A stretch of 20,000 bases of DNA from an uncultured virus (IMG/VR IMGVR_UViG_3300042306_000801) (IMGVR_UViG_3300042306_000801); one strand, 5' to 3'. Positions 1-9,466 are shown, numbered from the stretch's first letter. Notes: generated from the sequence alone by a model not told the origin. Program-made: numbers and translations.

Positions 1-1
1 A

Positions 2-79
2 AAGATTGAAGCAGCCTTAATTACGTTTGGAATAGCGATGTATGAGTATTTCAAAGGTGGTAACAGGCCTTGGTATTAA
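2..79 (+). CDS. 3' end of a hypothetical protein (partial)
   Basis: Open frame from the window edge (KIEAALITFGIAMYEYFKGGNRPWY) ending in TAA at 77-79, 20 nt before iscU. Confidence 0.45.
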   Translation, partial: KIEAALITFGIAMYEYFKGGNRPWY

Positions 80-99
80 GAAACTAAAAATACAATAAT

Positions 100-510
100 A
101 TGGCATACGGAGAAAAGGTAATAGACCATTACCAAAACCCGCGCAATGTTGGTACGTTGGATAAAAGTAAATCAACGGTGGGGACAGGGTTAGTTGGAGC
201 ACCTGAATGTGGTGATGTGATGAGACTCCAAATAGAGATTGAAGATGGAATCATAACCGATGCGAAATTTAAAACGTTTGGATGTGGTTCGGCAATTGCT
301 GCATCTTCCCTAGCAACTGAATGGTTAAAGGGTAAGAGTGTGGATGAGGCGGCAAAGTTAGATAATATGGATTTGGTTGAGGAATTAGCTCTACCACCTG
401 TTAAGATACATTGTTCGGTTCTTGCTCAAGATGCGGTTCAAGCTGCTATTAACGATTATAGAACAAAGAATGGGTTAGAGCCATTACAATTTGAAGAAAA
501 ACTACACTAA
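100..510 (+). CDS. iscU: Fe-S cluster scaffold protein IscU
   Basis: VIDHYQNPRNVG, GAPECGDVM, FKTFGCGSAIA and LPPVKIHCS motifs with all three conserved Cys. Confidence 0.97.
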   Translation: MAYGEKVIDHYQNPRNVGTLDKSKSTVGTGLVGAPECGDVMRLQIEIEDGIITDAKFKTFGCGSAIAASSLATEWLKGKSVDEAAKLDNMDLVEELALPPVKIHCSVLAQDAVQAAINDYRTKNGLEPLQFEEKLH

Positions 511-698
511 TGAGAAGATTGTTTAGAAGCCGTTATGAGAAGAAGATAGCTGGAATATGTGGTGGGTTGGCACTTTATACGAATAGTGACCCATCGGTTT
601 GGAGAATCATTTTTCTAACCCTAATATTTGCGCCTGTACCTGTTATTATGTTTTACTTTATAGCTTGGGCGATAATACCTAAACATCACGCATTATAA
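510..698 (+). CDS. pspC: PspC domain membrane protein
   Basis: RLFRSRYEKKIAGICGGLA...YFIAWAIIP matches the PspC signature. Confidence 0.88.
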   Translation: MRRLFRSRYEKKIAGICGGLALYTNSDPSVWRIIFLTLIFAPVPVIMFYFIAWAIIPKHHAL

Positions 699-708
699 AA
701 TAAGAGAT

Positions 709-1008
709 ATGAAAGAGTTTATTCAAAAATACCAAAAGGCAATCGTTGGAACTGGTGCTGTGGCAGTTTTGGTACTATGTTACTTCCAACAAAAAGAACT
801 GGCTAAATTAAGAAGTGAGCATGTAGAGGTATCAACCGTTCCATATGTGATTGATTCTATACAACACGTAGTAGATAGTTTGGAAGATGAATTATTTATT
901 AAACACATTACAAACGGAAGATACGAATTAACATTTGAGCACCTAAAAGAAGTGAACCCAAAAATCGGTAAAGAAATGGAAGATTGGATGGGTCAAAATA
1001 CTGAATAA
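709..1008 (+). CDS. hypothetical protein with N-terminal membrane anchor
   Basis: 99-aa ORF packed tightly in the operon; one hydrophobic segment. Confidence 0.7.
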   Translation: MKEFIQKYQKAIVGTGAVAVLVLCYFQQKELAKLRSEHVEVSTVPYVIDSIQHVVDSLEDELFIKHITNGRYELTFEHLKEVNPKIGKEMEDWMGQNTE

Positions 1009-1010
1009 TT

Positions 1011-1343
1011 ATGGTAACACTACAACCTAAAGCATTAGAGCATGTAATTGAATTAATGGTGGAAGGTGGTTTAACACCGGATACGCATAACTTACGAGTT
1101 GGTGTGAAGGGTGGTGGATGTAGTGGATTATCTTACACAATGGATTTTGATGATAAGATAGAACCAACCGATGAAGTAGTTCAGGTGGATGGTGGATTGA
1201 AAGTAGTAATTGATAGAAAGAGTTTATTATACCTTTATGGTACTCAATTAACATATTCAGATGGATTAAATGGTAAAGGATTCCAATGGGAAAATCCAAA
1301 CGCAAGTAGAACGTGTGGATGTGGTGAATCATTCTCTTTATGA
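1011..1343 (+). CDS. iscA: A-type Fe-S carrier (IscA/HesB family)
   Basis: [15 protein letters not shown] and [14 protein letters not shown] motifs. Confidence 0.96.
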   Translation: MVTLQPKALEHVIELMVEGGLTPDTHNLRVGVKGGGCSGLSYTMDFDDKIEPTDEVVQVDGGLKVVIDRKSLLYLYGTQLTYSDGLNGKGFQWENPNASRTCGCGESFSL

Positions 1344-1462
1344 TAAAACAAATACTATATCTAATATTAGGAGTTGGTTTTACTTTCTTATTTGCATTTG
1401 GTATAGTGTATTTAGCTATTAAATTAAACGATTGGTTGCAGAATGAAAAAATGGATTCCTAA
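1340..1462 (+). CDS. small membrane peptide (40 aa, not in ORF track)
   Basis: ATGA overlap with iscA stop; [40 protein letters not shown]. Confidence 0.55.
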   Translation: MIKQILYLILGVGFTFLFAFGIVYLAIKLNDWLQNEKMDS

Positions 1463-1634
1463 AATATTAGCCATTATAGTTATGATACCGGTATTTTTTA
1501 TTGGTATTACGGTAGGTATTATCTGGAATCTATACCTGATTGCAAATTACATATCGTTTAGATTAAAAAGAAAGTGGAAAGCGGGTATAAAAGAGGTTAA
1601 AAAACACCACCAAGAACCCAAAAATAAGGGGTAA
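1443..1634 (+). CDS. hypothetical membrane protein
   Basis: 63 aa, hydrophobic N-terminus and basic tail. Confidence 0.6.
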   Translation: MKKWIPKILAIIVMIPVFFIGITVGIIWNLYLIANYISFRLKRKWKAGIKEVKKHHQEPKNKG

Positions 1635-1733
1635 TTTGAGGGAAGTCTCCTAAACCCTATAAAGATATCCAAAACCTTGCATGCCATCCAAGAAACCACC
1701 ACGAAATCGTTCTGGTGGGATTAAAAAACACCC

Positions 1734-1785
1734 ATAACCCATTGAAAATCAACTGATTATAAGTCATTGAAAATCAATGGGTTAT
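1734..1785. repeat. tandem imperfect palindromes (TAA-N4-TGA-N3-TCA-N5-TTA type)
   Basis: CATTGAAAATCAA at 1740-1752 and 1765-1777; ATAACCCATTGA (1734-1745) is the reverse complement of TCAATGGGTTAT (1774-1785). Confidence 0.75.
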
Positions 1786-1788
1786 TTA

Positions 1789-1820
1789 TTTGGTAGAATG
1801 AGCAAAATTTCGTATATTTG
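1789..1820 (+). promoter_or_regulatory. Bacteroidota sigma70-type promoter
   Basis: TTTG (1789) + 20 nt + TATATTTG (1813), matching -33 TTTG / -7 TAnnTTTG. Confidence 0.85.
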
Positions 1821-1837
1821 TATATTAATAAAAAGTT

Positions 1838-2356
1838 ATGAGACGTAAGATTATTTTCATTGATGTAGATGGACCGTTGGCATGGGGAACGTGGGGCGAT
1901 GGTAGAGTTACTTTGAATGAAGCAACTAAAACTTTTACGATACCATACCCTTGGGTTCAAGACGATTGTCAAGCACTTGAAAAGATTTGTAATGAAACAA
2001 ATGCAAGTTTGGTAGTAAGTTCTGATTGGAAAAAACATTTTAGTTTTATTCAGTTAAAGCGTATATTTCAATACTATGGAATTACTGCACCAATTGTGGA
2101 TATAACTACACATCAAGACCTATGGATGAAGATGAGTAGACCGGGAGCTGAATGGGAAAGAGCTGCTGAAATTAAAAAGTGGGCTAAAGATAATAAGATT
2201 TCTAATTGGATTGCGATTGATGATATGAGGTTGAATCAACAATTCAAATGGATGAAAGTTCCACAATGGAGACATGTGCAGGTTGATGGTGATTTTGGAG
2301 TTGGTGGACGATTGAGAGATAAAATTGATGAATGTATTAATAAACTAAACCGATAA
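1838..2356 (+). CDS. HAD-superfamily domain protein (HAD_SAK_2-like)
   Basis: IIFIDVDGPL motif I, VVSSDWK motif II, WIAIDD motif IV. Confidence 0.85.
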   Translation: MRRKIIFIDVDGPLAWGTWGDGRVTLNEATKTFTIPYPWVQDDCQALEKICNETNASLVVSSDWKKHFSFIQLKRIFQYYGITAPIVDITTHQDLWMKMSRPGAEWERAAEIKKWAKDNKISNWIAIDDMRLNQQFKWMKVPQWRHVQVDGDFGVGGRLRDKIDECINKLNR

Positions 2357-2358
2357 AA

Positions 2359-3639
2359 ATGAGTAAAAGACAGCAAGTTTTAGAAAATGAAAGAAAACTT
2401 ATTGAGAAGTTGCAAAGTAATATGTTGGATGAATTGGATTTGGAATTGGATGGAGATATGCCTGAAGAACTTCTTGAAGCAATTAGAAATGCTCACGATG
2501 AGACGGTTGGTAATGGTGGTAGTGCTACTAATGAAGTAACAACCGGTCAACCATATCGTTTGAGCGATTCGGATGATTTTCCATTTGGTACTTATGTTCA
2601 AAACCAAACAGGTAGGATTGTAACAAAACACTTCCGAATTAGTGATGAGTATCAAATCAAACAGACTCCGTTTCTTGCTATGGTTAAGGATATGGGTTTT
2701 AATAAAATTTATGTTAGAGAATACTATGGGCACAACAATTATGGAGCAACGGAAGTGTGGGAAAAAAGAACAGGTGGTTCGGTTACATTGATTAATGTAT
2801 CCAATGTAATTCGTAAGTGGACGGCCAAAGTTAAGAAATCATTCAAAGATAGTATTGGTGTAGATGTTCAAGTATTTTCAAATGATGAATCTCAATTATA
2901 TACCGAATTGGTTGAGAAGATTATCGGTTTAGGTAAGAAACGAAAGCACGAAAGTAATAATATCGCATTGGTTATCCAAACTCCAAGAGGATATGATACA
3001 ACATCGTTTGAATTACCTGACCAGAAGTTGGATATTGAGCTGGGATATGGTAAGGCATTTAAACCAATCCACGAAAAGATTATCAACACTCTTAATAAGA
3101 AGAATGGTAAAGGGTTGGTTCTATTGCATGGAACACCGGGTACTGGTAAGACTCACTACTTAAAGTATATTGCAAGTAAGATTAAGGATAAGAGAGTACT
3201 ATTCATTCCACCATACTTGGCAGACTTCATCACATCACCGGAGATGACACCTTTCCTAATTCAAAATAGTAATTCAATTCTATTCATTGAAGATGCGGAG
3301 AGAGTAATTACGGATAGAAATAATGGTGGAGCAAATGGGGTATCAAACATCCTTAACATCACCGATGGTATATTAAGTGATATCTTAAAGATTCAGATTG
3401 TAGCAACATTCAATATGGATAAAGCTAAGATTGATTCGGCACTATTAAGAAAGGGTAGATTGATTGCAGAACATAAGTTTGATGCCCTACCAATTGATGA
3501 TGCCAATAACCTAATTAAGCATTTAGGTAAAGACCACGTGGCAACTAAACCAATGACCTTAACTGAAATATATAATTTAGATGAGGCAGAATACAAATCA
3601 GAGGACAAGTATTCACCAATAGGATTTAATAGATATTAA
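2359..3639 (+). CDS. AAA+ ATPase
   Basis: Walker A GTPGTGKT, Walker B ILFIEDAE, sensor ATFN, IDSALLRKGR arginine finger. Confidence 0.92.
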   Translation: MSKRQQVLENERKLIEKLQSNMLDELDLELDGDMPEELLEAIRNAHDETVGNGGSATNEVTTGQPYRLSDSDDFPFGTYVQNQTGRIVTKHFRISDEYQIKQTPFLAMVKDMGFNKIYVREYYGHNNYGATEVWEKRTGGSVTLINVSNVIRKWTAKVKKSFKDSIGVDVQVFSNDESQLYTELVEKIIGLGKKRKHESNNIALVIQTPRGYDTTSFELPDQKLDIELGYGKAFKPIHEKIINTLNKKNGKGLVLLHGTPGTGKTHYLKYIASKIKDKRVLFIPPYLADFITSPEMTPFLIQNSNSILFIEDAERVITDRNNGGANGVSNILNITDGILSDILKIQIVATFNMDKAKIDSALLRKGRLIAEHKFDALPIDDANNLIKHLGKDHVATKPMTLTEIYNLDEAEYKSEDKYSPIGFNRY

Positions 3640-3640
3640 T

Positions 3641-3985
3641 ATGAATTGGATTAAAACATATAAAATACATTTACTACTTGTGATAGCTACATTGGCTTTC
3701 TTTTCAACAATGGTTCATTATTTTAATTTAGTAGATGAAAACTACGAGTTAAAAGAACGAATAATTACGTTGGAAGAAAAAGTTAATTTATTAGATAGTT
3801 ATCCATACGAACATTCAAAAATAGAAAACAATGACAGAGTTACTGATTTTCCTAAACATAATGATTTTGGAAATTGTACTGAGCATAGACAATGCTGCTG
3901 TACTGGCTGCGATGGTAAAGGAACTACCAAAAGACCAACAAAAGAAAGCACTAACATACGGTATAGCAGGAGCTTACCTTTTTAG
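3641..3985 (+). CDS. hypothetical protein (signal/TM plus coiled coil); 3' part overlaps terC
   Basis: Starts 1 nt after the ATPase; last 155 nt overlap the TerC gene in another frame. Confidence 0.5.
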   Translation: MNWIKTYKIHLLLVIATLAFFSTMVHYFNLVDENYELKERIITLEEKVNLLDSYPYEHSKIENNDRVTDFPKHNDFGNCTEHRQCCCTGCDGKGTTKRPTKESTNIRYSRSLPF

Positions 3986-4481
3986 AGGATTGGCCTTACT
4001 ATTTGCATCGGTTCTTATCAAATTGGTATGGTTAAAAGTAGCAGGTGGCTTATATCTTATGTATTTAGCATATAACGCCCTATCATCAAAAGTTGAAACG
4101 GATGGTGGTAGTAAGATGACAATTAAGATACCATTCTTATCAGCATTATGGTCTACAATCGTAGCAATTGAGATTATGGATTTAGTATTCAGTATTGATA
4201 ATGTATTTGCTGCCGTTGCATTCACACCAAATTTATGGTTGATATATGGTGGAGTGTTTATTGGTATTCTTGCTATGAGATTCGCAACAACAAAGTTTGT
4301 GAAAGTATTAGAGAAGAATCCTATATTAGAGAAAGTGGCATATTGGGTAATTGGGGCATTGGGATTGAAGTTAGTATCATCATATTGGTTACATGATTTG
4401 AATACTGAAAGCATTGACGCAGTATTTTCAATCTTAACCTTATTAGCATTTATAATACCTTTAATAATAAAAAAGAAATAA
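3831..4481 (+). CDS. TerC family integral membrane protein
   Basis: LEIVLSIDNAAVLA and IEIMDLVFSIDNVFAAVA motifs; multiple TM helices. Confidence 0.93.
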   Translation: MTELLIFLNIMILEIVLSIDNAAVLAAMVKELPKDQQKKALTYGIAGAYLFRGLALLFASVLIKLVWLKVAGGLYLMYLAYNALSSKVETDGGSKMTIKIPFLSALWSTIVAIEIMDLVFSIDNVFAAVAFTPNLWLIYGGVFIGILAMRFATTKFVKVLEKNPILEKVAYWVIGALGLKLVSSYWLHDLNTESIDAVFSILTLLAFIIPLIIKKK

Positions 4482-4484
4482 GTT

Positions 4485-4724
4485 ATGCATAACCCCTTTT
4501 GTTATATCGGTTGTCACAACTGGGAATACCGAAAAGAAAAACATCAATGCACTAATCATCCACAAGGTAGAGATGTGATTAGAGTAGTGGTTAGAGAATG
4601 TAAATGGTGCGGACATAGAGAGCATCACACTTTACCCAGAGTTGGGAAAAAATTTACTCAATGGAAATCATTTGATGATATTGGTAAAGAAGATTGTGTA
4701 GATATTAAAAGAGTTTACGAATGA
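4485..4724 (+). CDS. small Cys/His-rich phage protein
   Basis: FCYIGCHNW...RECKWCGH pattern, possible Zn binding. Confidence 0.65.
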   Translation: MHNPFCYIGCHNWEYRKEKHQCTNHPQGRDVIRVVVRECKWCGHREHHTLPRVGKKFTQWKSFDDIGKEDCVDIKRVYE

Positions 4725-5113
4725 TATTCAGAACGAGAAAATTAATTAAACCAGGTGACCTAAATGCTAGAGGTACACTATTTGGTGGACAGGTATTAAA
4801 ATGGATTGATGAAGAAGCATCCATATTTACAATTTGCCAATTAGGTGAACGTAGTATTGTTACAAAGGCAATGAGTGAAATCAACTTTGTATCATCTGCC
4901 AAAACCGGTGATATTATTGAGATAGGATGTGAGTTAGTACAATTTGGTACAACATCGGTAACAATAAGTTGCGAAGTACGAAACAAAGATACAAAACAAA
5001 CAATTATTAAAATTGATAAAATTGTATTTGTTGCAGTAGATGAAAACGGAAGACCAAAGCCACACAACAAACCATCCGATGAAGATGATTTAAGATTTGA
5101 AACATATAATTAA
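4721..5113 (+). CDS. hotdog-fold acyl-CoA thioesterase (YciA-like)
   Basis: PGDLNARGTLFGGQVLKWIDE and FVAVDENGRP motifs. Confidence 0.9.
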   Translation: MIFRTRKLIKPGDLNARGTLFGGQVLKWIDEEASIFTICQLGERSIVTKAMSEINFVSSAKTGDIIEIGCELVQFGTTSVTISCEVRNKDTKQTIIKIDKIVFVAVDENGRPKPHNKPSDEDDLRFETYN

Positions 5114-5115
5114 TA

Positions 5116-5673
5116 ATGAAAAAAGAATGGGTATGTAGTAAATGTGGCCAATCAACTTTGGATGTTGATATAGATTATCTTATAGGATATGACCATATTT
5201 CATGTCTATTAAAAGCGGGGTTGCCTAAATTACAAAATTGGAATAAGTTAGAAGGGCAAGAATTTGATGTAATGGGAGTCTCTATGAGAATGCAAAATGC
5301 CGAAGTTGATATTGAGATTGATAGATACACAGTTTGGTTAATTGATAAGGAAGTAACAACCGAACCACTAATGAGAGTTGATATGTATTTGGCTGATAAA
5401 GAAATTGATATTAAAACATTCAGACCAGATACAATTTCACCACCATTTCATACTCGTAAGCAAATAACCAAAGACCATATTAAAGACCCATCTATCTTTA
5501 TGCAAACAATTGGAATGATGATGATGGGTGACCCTGAGATAAGAAAGGTTTTGGATTATCTATCGGAAATGAATGGTAATGTTGGTGCAAGAAGTGGAAT
5601 GAGAGGTGGAATTGTGAATCACGTACTAAATGGTGGAAATACTAAAACATTTGGTTCAGCAAGTCTTTGGTAA
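5116..5673 (+). CDS. hypothetical protein with N-terminal CxxC
   Basis: 185-aa ORF in the operon; WVCSKCG. Confidence 0.7.
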   Translation: MKKEWVCSKCGQSTLDVDIDYLIGYDHISCLLKAGLPKLQNWNKLEGQEFDVMGVSMRMQNAEVDIEIDRYTVWLIDKEVTTEPLMRVDMYLADKEIDIKTFRPDTISPPFHTRKQITKDHIKDPSIFMQTIGMMMMGDPEIRKVLDYLSEMNGNVGARSGMRGGIVNHVLNGGNTKTFGSASLW

Positions 5674-5697
5674 TATCAATAATTTTTCGTATCTTTA
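5666..5697 (+). promoter_or_regulatory. Bacteroidota-type promoter
   Basis: TTTG (5666) + 20 nt + TATCTTTA (5690). Confidence 0.75.
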
Positions 5698-5701
5698 CAT
5701 T

Positions 5702-6043
5702 ATGAATTTATTAATAGGGTTTCTTTATGGATTAGTGGCACAGGTATTAACCTTTTTGCAATTACAAGGTAGTATCAAATATGGTTGGTATGCAAAATAC
5801 CCAATCATAATAATTTTAGCATCCATTCCATCGGGTTGGTTGTTCCTAAAATCAGTACAACATTTTGTATTAGCGTTTAGTGGTGAAATATGGCCATCTC
5901 GTCTTTTAGGATATGGTATTGGTGTTATAGTATTTACTTTAATGAGTTGGCAATTATTTGGTGAACATCTAAATACTAAAACATTAGTTTGTTTGGGATT
6001 GAGTGTAGCGATAATATTGATTCAAATACTTTGGAAATCATAA
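5702..6043 (+). CDS. small 4-TM membrane protein (DMT/SMR-like)
   Basis: Start moved from 5630 to ATG 5702 (MNLLIGFL) because the promoter lies at 5666-5697; four hydrophobic helices and LFGEHL motif. Confidence 0.7.
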   Translation: MNLLIGFLYGLVAQVLTFLQLQGSIKYGWYAKYPIIIILASIPSGWLFLKSVQHFVLAFSGEIWPSRLLGYGIGVIVFTLMSWQLFGEHLNTKTLVCLGLSVAIILIQILWKS

Positions 6044-6064
6044 TAGATATAAAAATAAATTAGT

Positions 6065-6913
6065 ATGAATATATTAGTAACAGGTGGAGTTGGGTTTGTA
6101 GGAACTAACTTGGTAAATAGATTAAAAGAAGAAGGACATAAAGTAATTGTTATAGATGATTACTCAATTGGTAAAGTTGAAAACCAAATTCAAGGTGTTA
6201 GATATCTACCAATGAATGTAGAACAAATTGAATATATCAAAGGTGATGAAGTAGACTTATGTTTTCATTTAGCGGGATTGAGTAGAATACAACCATCATT
6301 TGAAACCCCATCCGAGTTCTTTAGAGTTAATACTTCAGGTACCGAAGCAGTATGTGAGTGGGCTAGAAAATGGAATGTGAAAGTTGTATATTCAGGTTCA
6401 TCTTCACAATGGCATGACCCATTTCAATCGCCATATGCGATGTATAAAAAGTTAGGTGAGGATGTGTGTAAAATGTATAGAAAGGTATTTGGTACTAACA
6501 TTGAGATAGCTCGTTTTTATAATGTTTACGGTCCACATGAAATTACCGATGGTAAATGGGCGGCTGTAATTGGATTATGGAGAGGACAGGTTGCGGAAGG
6601 TAACCCAATTACAATTGTTGGTGATGGTGAACAAAGGAGAGATTTTACACATGTTGATGATATTGTGGATGGGTTAATCAAAATCGGGTTTGGAACTGAA
6701 ACACACGAAGATGCTTGGGAATTGGGAACTGGATTTAATTATTCAATTAATGAAGTAGCTGATATCTTTGTTGAAAAGTTTGGATGTGAAAAACTTTATA
6801 TAGATAACCAAAAAGGAAATTATAAAGAAACACGTAGAGAGAATGATGATGCTATTAACCGATTGGGATGGCAACCAAAAGATGTATTAAAAGGTTATAT
6901 TGAAAATTTATAA
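6065..6913 (+). CDS. NAD-dependent epimerase/dehydratase (extended SDR)
   Basis: ILVTGGVGFVG, PYAMYK (YxxxK), RFYNVYGP, GDGEQRRDFTHVDD. Confidence 0.95.
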   Translation: MNILVTGGVGFVGTNLVNRLKEEGHKVIVIDDYSIGKVENQIQGVRYLPMNVEQIEYIKGDEVDLCFHLAGLSRIQPSFETPSEFFRVNTSGTEAVCEWARKWNVKVVYSGSSSQWHDPFQSPYAMYKKLGEDVCKMYRKVFGTNIEIARFYNVYGPHEITDGKWAAVIGLWRGQVAEGNPITIVGDGEQRRDFTHVDDIVDGLIKIGFGTETHEDAWELGTGFNYSINEVADIFVEKFGCEKLYIDNQKGNYKETRRENDDAINRLGWQPKDVLKGYIENL

Positions 6914-6924
6914 AAACAATAATT

Positions 6925-7077
6925 ATGAGTGCAATCGAAATTATCGGACTTTCTATGATAGCTAGTGGGTTGTTCATCGCTTACCATATGTGGAAAGCTC
7001 CAATGATGGATGAGAAAACTGGAAGGATTATAAAAGAAGGTAACAAATTATCAGACCTCTTTAAGAAAAAGAAATAA
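6925..7077 (+). CDS. small membrane peptide (50 aa, not in ORF track)
   Basis: MSAIEIIGLSMIASGLFIAYHMWKAPMMDEKTG...KKKK fills the gap between neighbouring genes. Confidence 0.65.
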   Translation: MSAIEIIGLSMIASGLFIAYHMWKAPMMDEKTGRIIKEGNKLSDLFKKKK

Positions 7078-7080
7078 GTT

Positions 7081-7653
7081 ATGAAAGTAGAATTTAAAGA
7101 CTCATTCTTTGAGAGCTTAGAGAAATTGGTATGGTATGATACGAACCTATGGAAAGTTTGGTCTGCTATAAGATATGATATCCCATTGTTCTTTAAGAAT
7201 ATATGGAGATTCAGAAAGGAGTTATATAGTCATCAATGGTGGGACTATCGTTTCCATTTAGAAATGATGTATCGCTCTTTGAGTATTATGGAGAGGGGAA
7301 TGAGTGAAAAAGGAATAGAAGTTGCTGAAACCCGAAATGTAAAGTTAATAAAGATGCGTAGAGCATTGGAGTTACTGAAACATAAGTTGGATGATGATTA
7401 TATTGAGAGAGCAGAGGCTGAGTTGGGTAAGATAAATCATAGTGAATTTGAGTTTGAGAAAACCGAAGAAGGAAATTATAGATTGATAGATAACGATACA
7501 CCGGCTGACAAGAAGCATGCTGGGAAAGTATATAAGAGAGCAAGAGTTATAGAAGATAAAGAGTGGAAAGAATTGTGGGACATCTTCAAGGGGAAAAAAT
7601 TTACTACTTGGGAGAAATTCGATGGTAGTGATTTAAGAGGATGGTGGGACTAG
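7081..7653 (+). CDS. hypothetical phage protein
   Basis: 190-aa Trp-rich ORF ending GWWD. Confidence 0.75.
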   Translation: MKVEFKDSFFESLEKLVWYDTNLWKVWSAIRYDIPLFFKNIWRFRKELYSHQWWDYRFHLEMMYRSLSIMERGMSEKGIEVAETRNVKLIKMRRALELLKHKLDDDYIERAEAELGKINHSEFEFEKTEEGNYRLIDNDTPADKKHAGKVYKRARVIEDKEWKELWDIFKGKKFTTWEKFDGSDLRGWWD

Positions 7654-7689
7654 AAGTCCAATAGAAAGGTAAACAAACAAAAACAATAT

Positions 7690-7890
7690 ATGGTGGGGAT
7701 TATTATTTTTGTTGTTGCCGCAACAGCGTTACTAAGCTGGTCATGGGTAAGAGGAATTGACTACATGAAAAAGAATCATCCTGATTACAAAGGAGAAGAT
7801 TTTTTGGACTGGGGAGATGATGATGTGACTAAAACCGCAGGTAGAGATGGTTGGGATGACAACATTGTACACACAGAAGGGGATTTTTAG
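7690..7890 (+). CDS. hypothetical membrane-anchored protein
   Basis: N-terminal TM followed by GIDYMKKNHPDYKGEDF. Confidence 0.7.
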   Translation: MVGIIIFVVAATALLSWSWVRGIDYMKKNHPDYKGEDFLDWGDDDVTKTAGRDGWDDNIVHTEGDF

Positions 7891-7969
7891 TATCAACTAA
7901 ATCAATTTATTTAGGTTATGTTTAGACATGACAAGGCAGAGTATTATCTAAAAATTAAATTATAAAAAT

Positions 7970-8533
7970 ATGTTACCATTAAAAGAAGCCATAGCTGAAA
8001 AGCACTCTTTGGCAGAAAAGATGACATTTAATCAAAGAATGTTTAAAGGAGAATTATCAAACGAAGAATACATTTTGTATTTGTGTCAGCAATTGGCAAT
8101 ATTTGATGCAATTGAAGTACATGAATTACCACACCCAGCTTTAGATAGAGCTGGTAAGGTATTTGAGGACATTAAAGAATTGATGGGAGAAACTCAAATT
8201 CAAATTACACCATTGGTAGCAACGAATGAATATCGTAAATACCTTCGTACATTGAGTAAAGAAGAAATATTTCCACACGTTTACCTAAACTACTTAGCAA
8301 TTATGTTTGGTGGGCAGATGATGAAAAAGAATGTACCTGGAAGTGGTAAGATGTATGAGTTTGAGGGTGATGTTAGAGAAATTGCCGGAACGATTAGAGC
8401 AATTCAAAAAGATGAATGGGCAGATGAAGCAAACAAAGCATTGGATTACAACATAACTATATTAGATGAATTACAAAGAGTATCTGAATCAGCTAGCGTG
8501 GACGTTGAAGGAGATGGTGGAGAAGGCGCCTAA
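7970..8533 (+). CDS. heme oxygenase (biliverdin-producing, Ho1/HemO-like)
   Basis: LKEAIAEKHSLAE with proximal His, HVYLNYLAIMFGGQMMKK distal helix, EANKALDYN. Confidence 0.88.
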   Translation: MLPLKEAIAEKHSLAEKMTFNQRMFKGELSNEEYILYLCQQLAIFDAIEVHELPHPALDRAGKVFEDIKELMGETQIQITPLVATNEYRKYLRTLSKEEIFPHVYLNYLAIMFGGQMMKKNVPGSGKMYEFEGDVREIAGTIRAIQKDEWADEANKALDYNITILDELQRVSESASVDVEGDGGEGA

Positions 8534-9095
8534 TTGCCAACCATTAGAAACCGAAGATTATGGATGGGATAATTTTAGATATGAATCAAAGTTATTTCGT
8601 ATGGCTCACGTGGAAAGATATGGTGATGGTAAAATAGAAGTACTACACTTTACAACATTCCCACATAAAAATTCACCAGAGCCTATTTTTGGATTTGATG
8701 TTATATCAACTGAAAAAATGGTAACGGGTGCGTATATGGATTTGAGTCCGGTTCTTAAAACATATCCTTTTGATGATGGTATGGATTTTAAAGAAAGGAA
8801 AAAAATACCTGAATGGGCTACCGTATTCTCTGACCGTTTTATTATGTTAAAACCTGAATCCGATGAGGAATTGGTTCGTTTTTGTAATTGGGTAGTGGAC
8901 AAATACGATTGGTATCTCAATTCATTACTTTGGCTAGAGAATAAAACTGATAATATTGAAGGTGTAATAGAGAAACAAAATATTTATTGTCAAATACAGG
9001 CTACTAATCCAAGAACGTTTTCGGCATTGAAAGCTCTAATTGGTGAGGAAAAAGCAAAGTATTTTATGGAAAACATATTATTCCCAAAGATATGA
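8466..9095 (+). CDS. ferredoxin-dependent bilin reductase (PcyA/PcyX family)
   Basis: FRMAHVE, VLHFTTFP, PIFGFDVI, DLSP, IPEWATVFS and QNIYCQIQATNPRT motifs; adjacent to heme oxygenase. Confidence 0.9.
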   Translation: MNYKEYLNQLAWTLKEMVEKAPNCQPLETEDYGWDNFRYESKLFRMAHVERYGDGKIEVLHFTTFPHKNSPEPIFGFDVISTEKMVTGAYMDLSPVLKTYPFDDGMDFKERKKIPEWATVFSDRFIMLKPESDEELVRFCNWVVDKYDWYLNSLLWLENKTDNIEGVIEKQNIYCQIQATNPRTFSALKALIGEEKAKYFMENILFPKI

Positions 9096-9466
9096 CACCA
9101 AAAAGAATATACATAGATTTTGGCACTCCCATAGAACAATGGGCAGATGCAAATAAGGGAGTGATAATGGATTCAATATACTCTAACGTATTTGATTTTC
9201 TTCAATCAGATGAAGATGATAGAGTTATATTACAAGTTACTCCTAAATTGGCACAAAAACCAAAAACACCACGAACGTTTGAACCACCGATTAATGTTGA
9301 TTTTATAATATCAAAAGATGATATAGATTTAACATTAAAGAAAATGATGGATTATTACATTGAAGTTGAGGAATATGAAAAATGTGCAGAAATACTTAAA
9401 CTGCAAAATGAGAAAGATAATCCAAAACCAAAGAAAAAAAGAGGAAGAAAACCTAAAAATATTTAA
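9092..9466 (+). CDS. hypothetical protein with UVR-like helix and basic tail
   Basis: EEYEKCAEILKL; KKKRGRKPK. Confidence 0.7.
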   Translation: MTPKRIYIDFGTPIEQWADANKGVIMDSIYSNVFDFLQSDEDDRVILQVTPKLAQKPKTPRTFEPPINVDFIISKDDIDLTLKKMMDYYIEVEEYEKCAEILKLQNEKDNPKPKKKRGRKPKNI

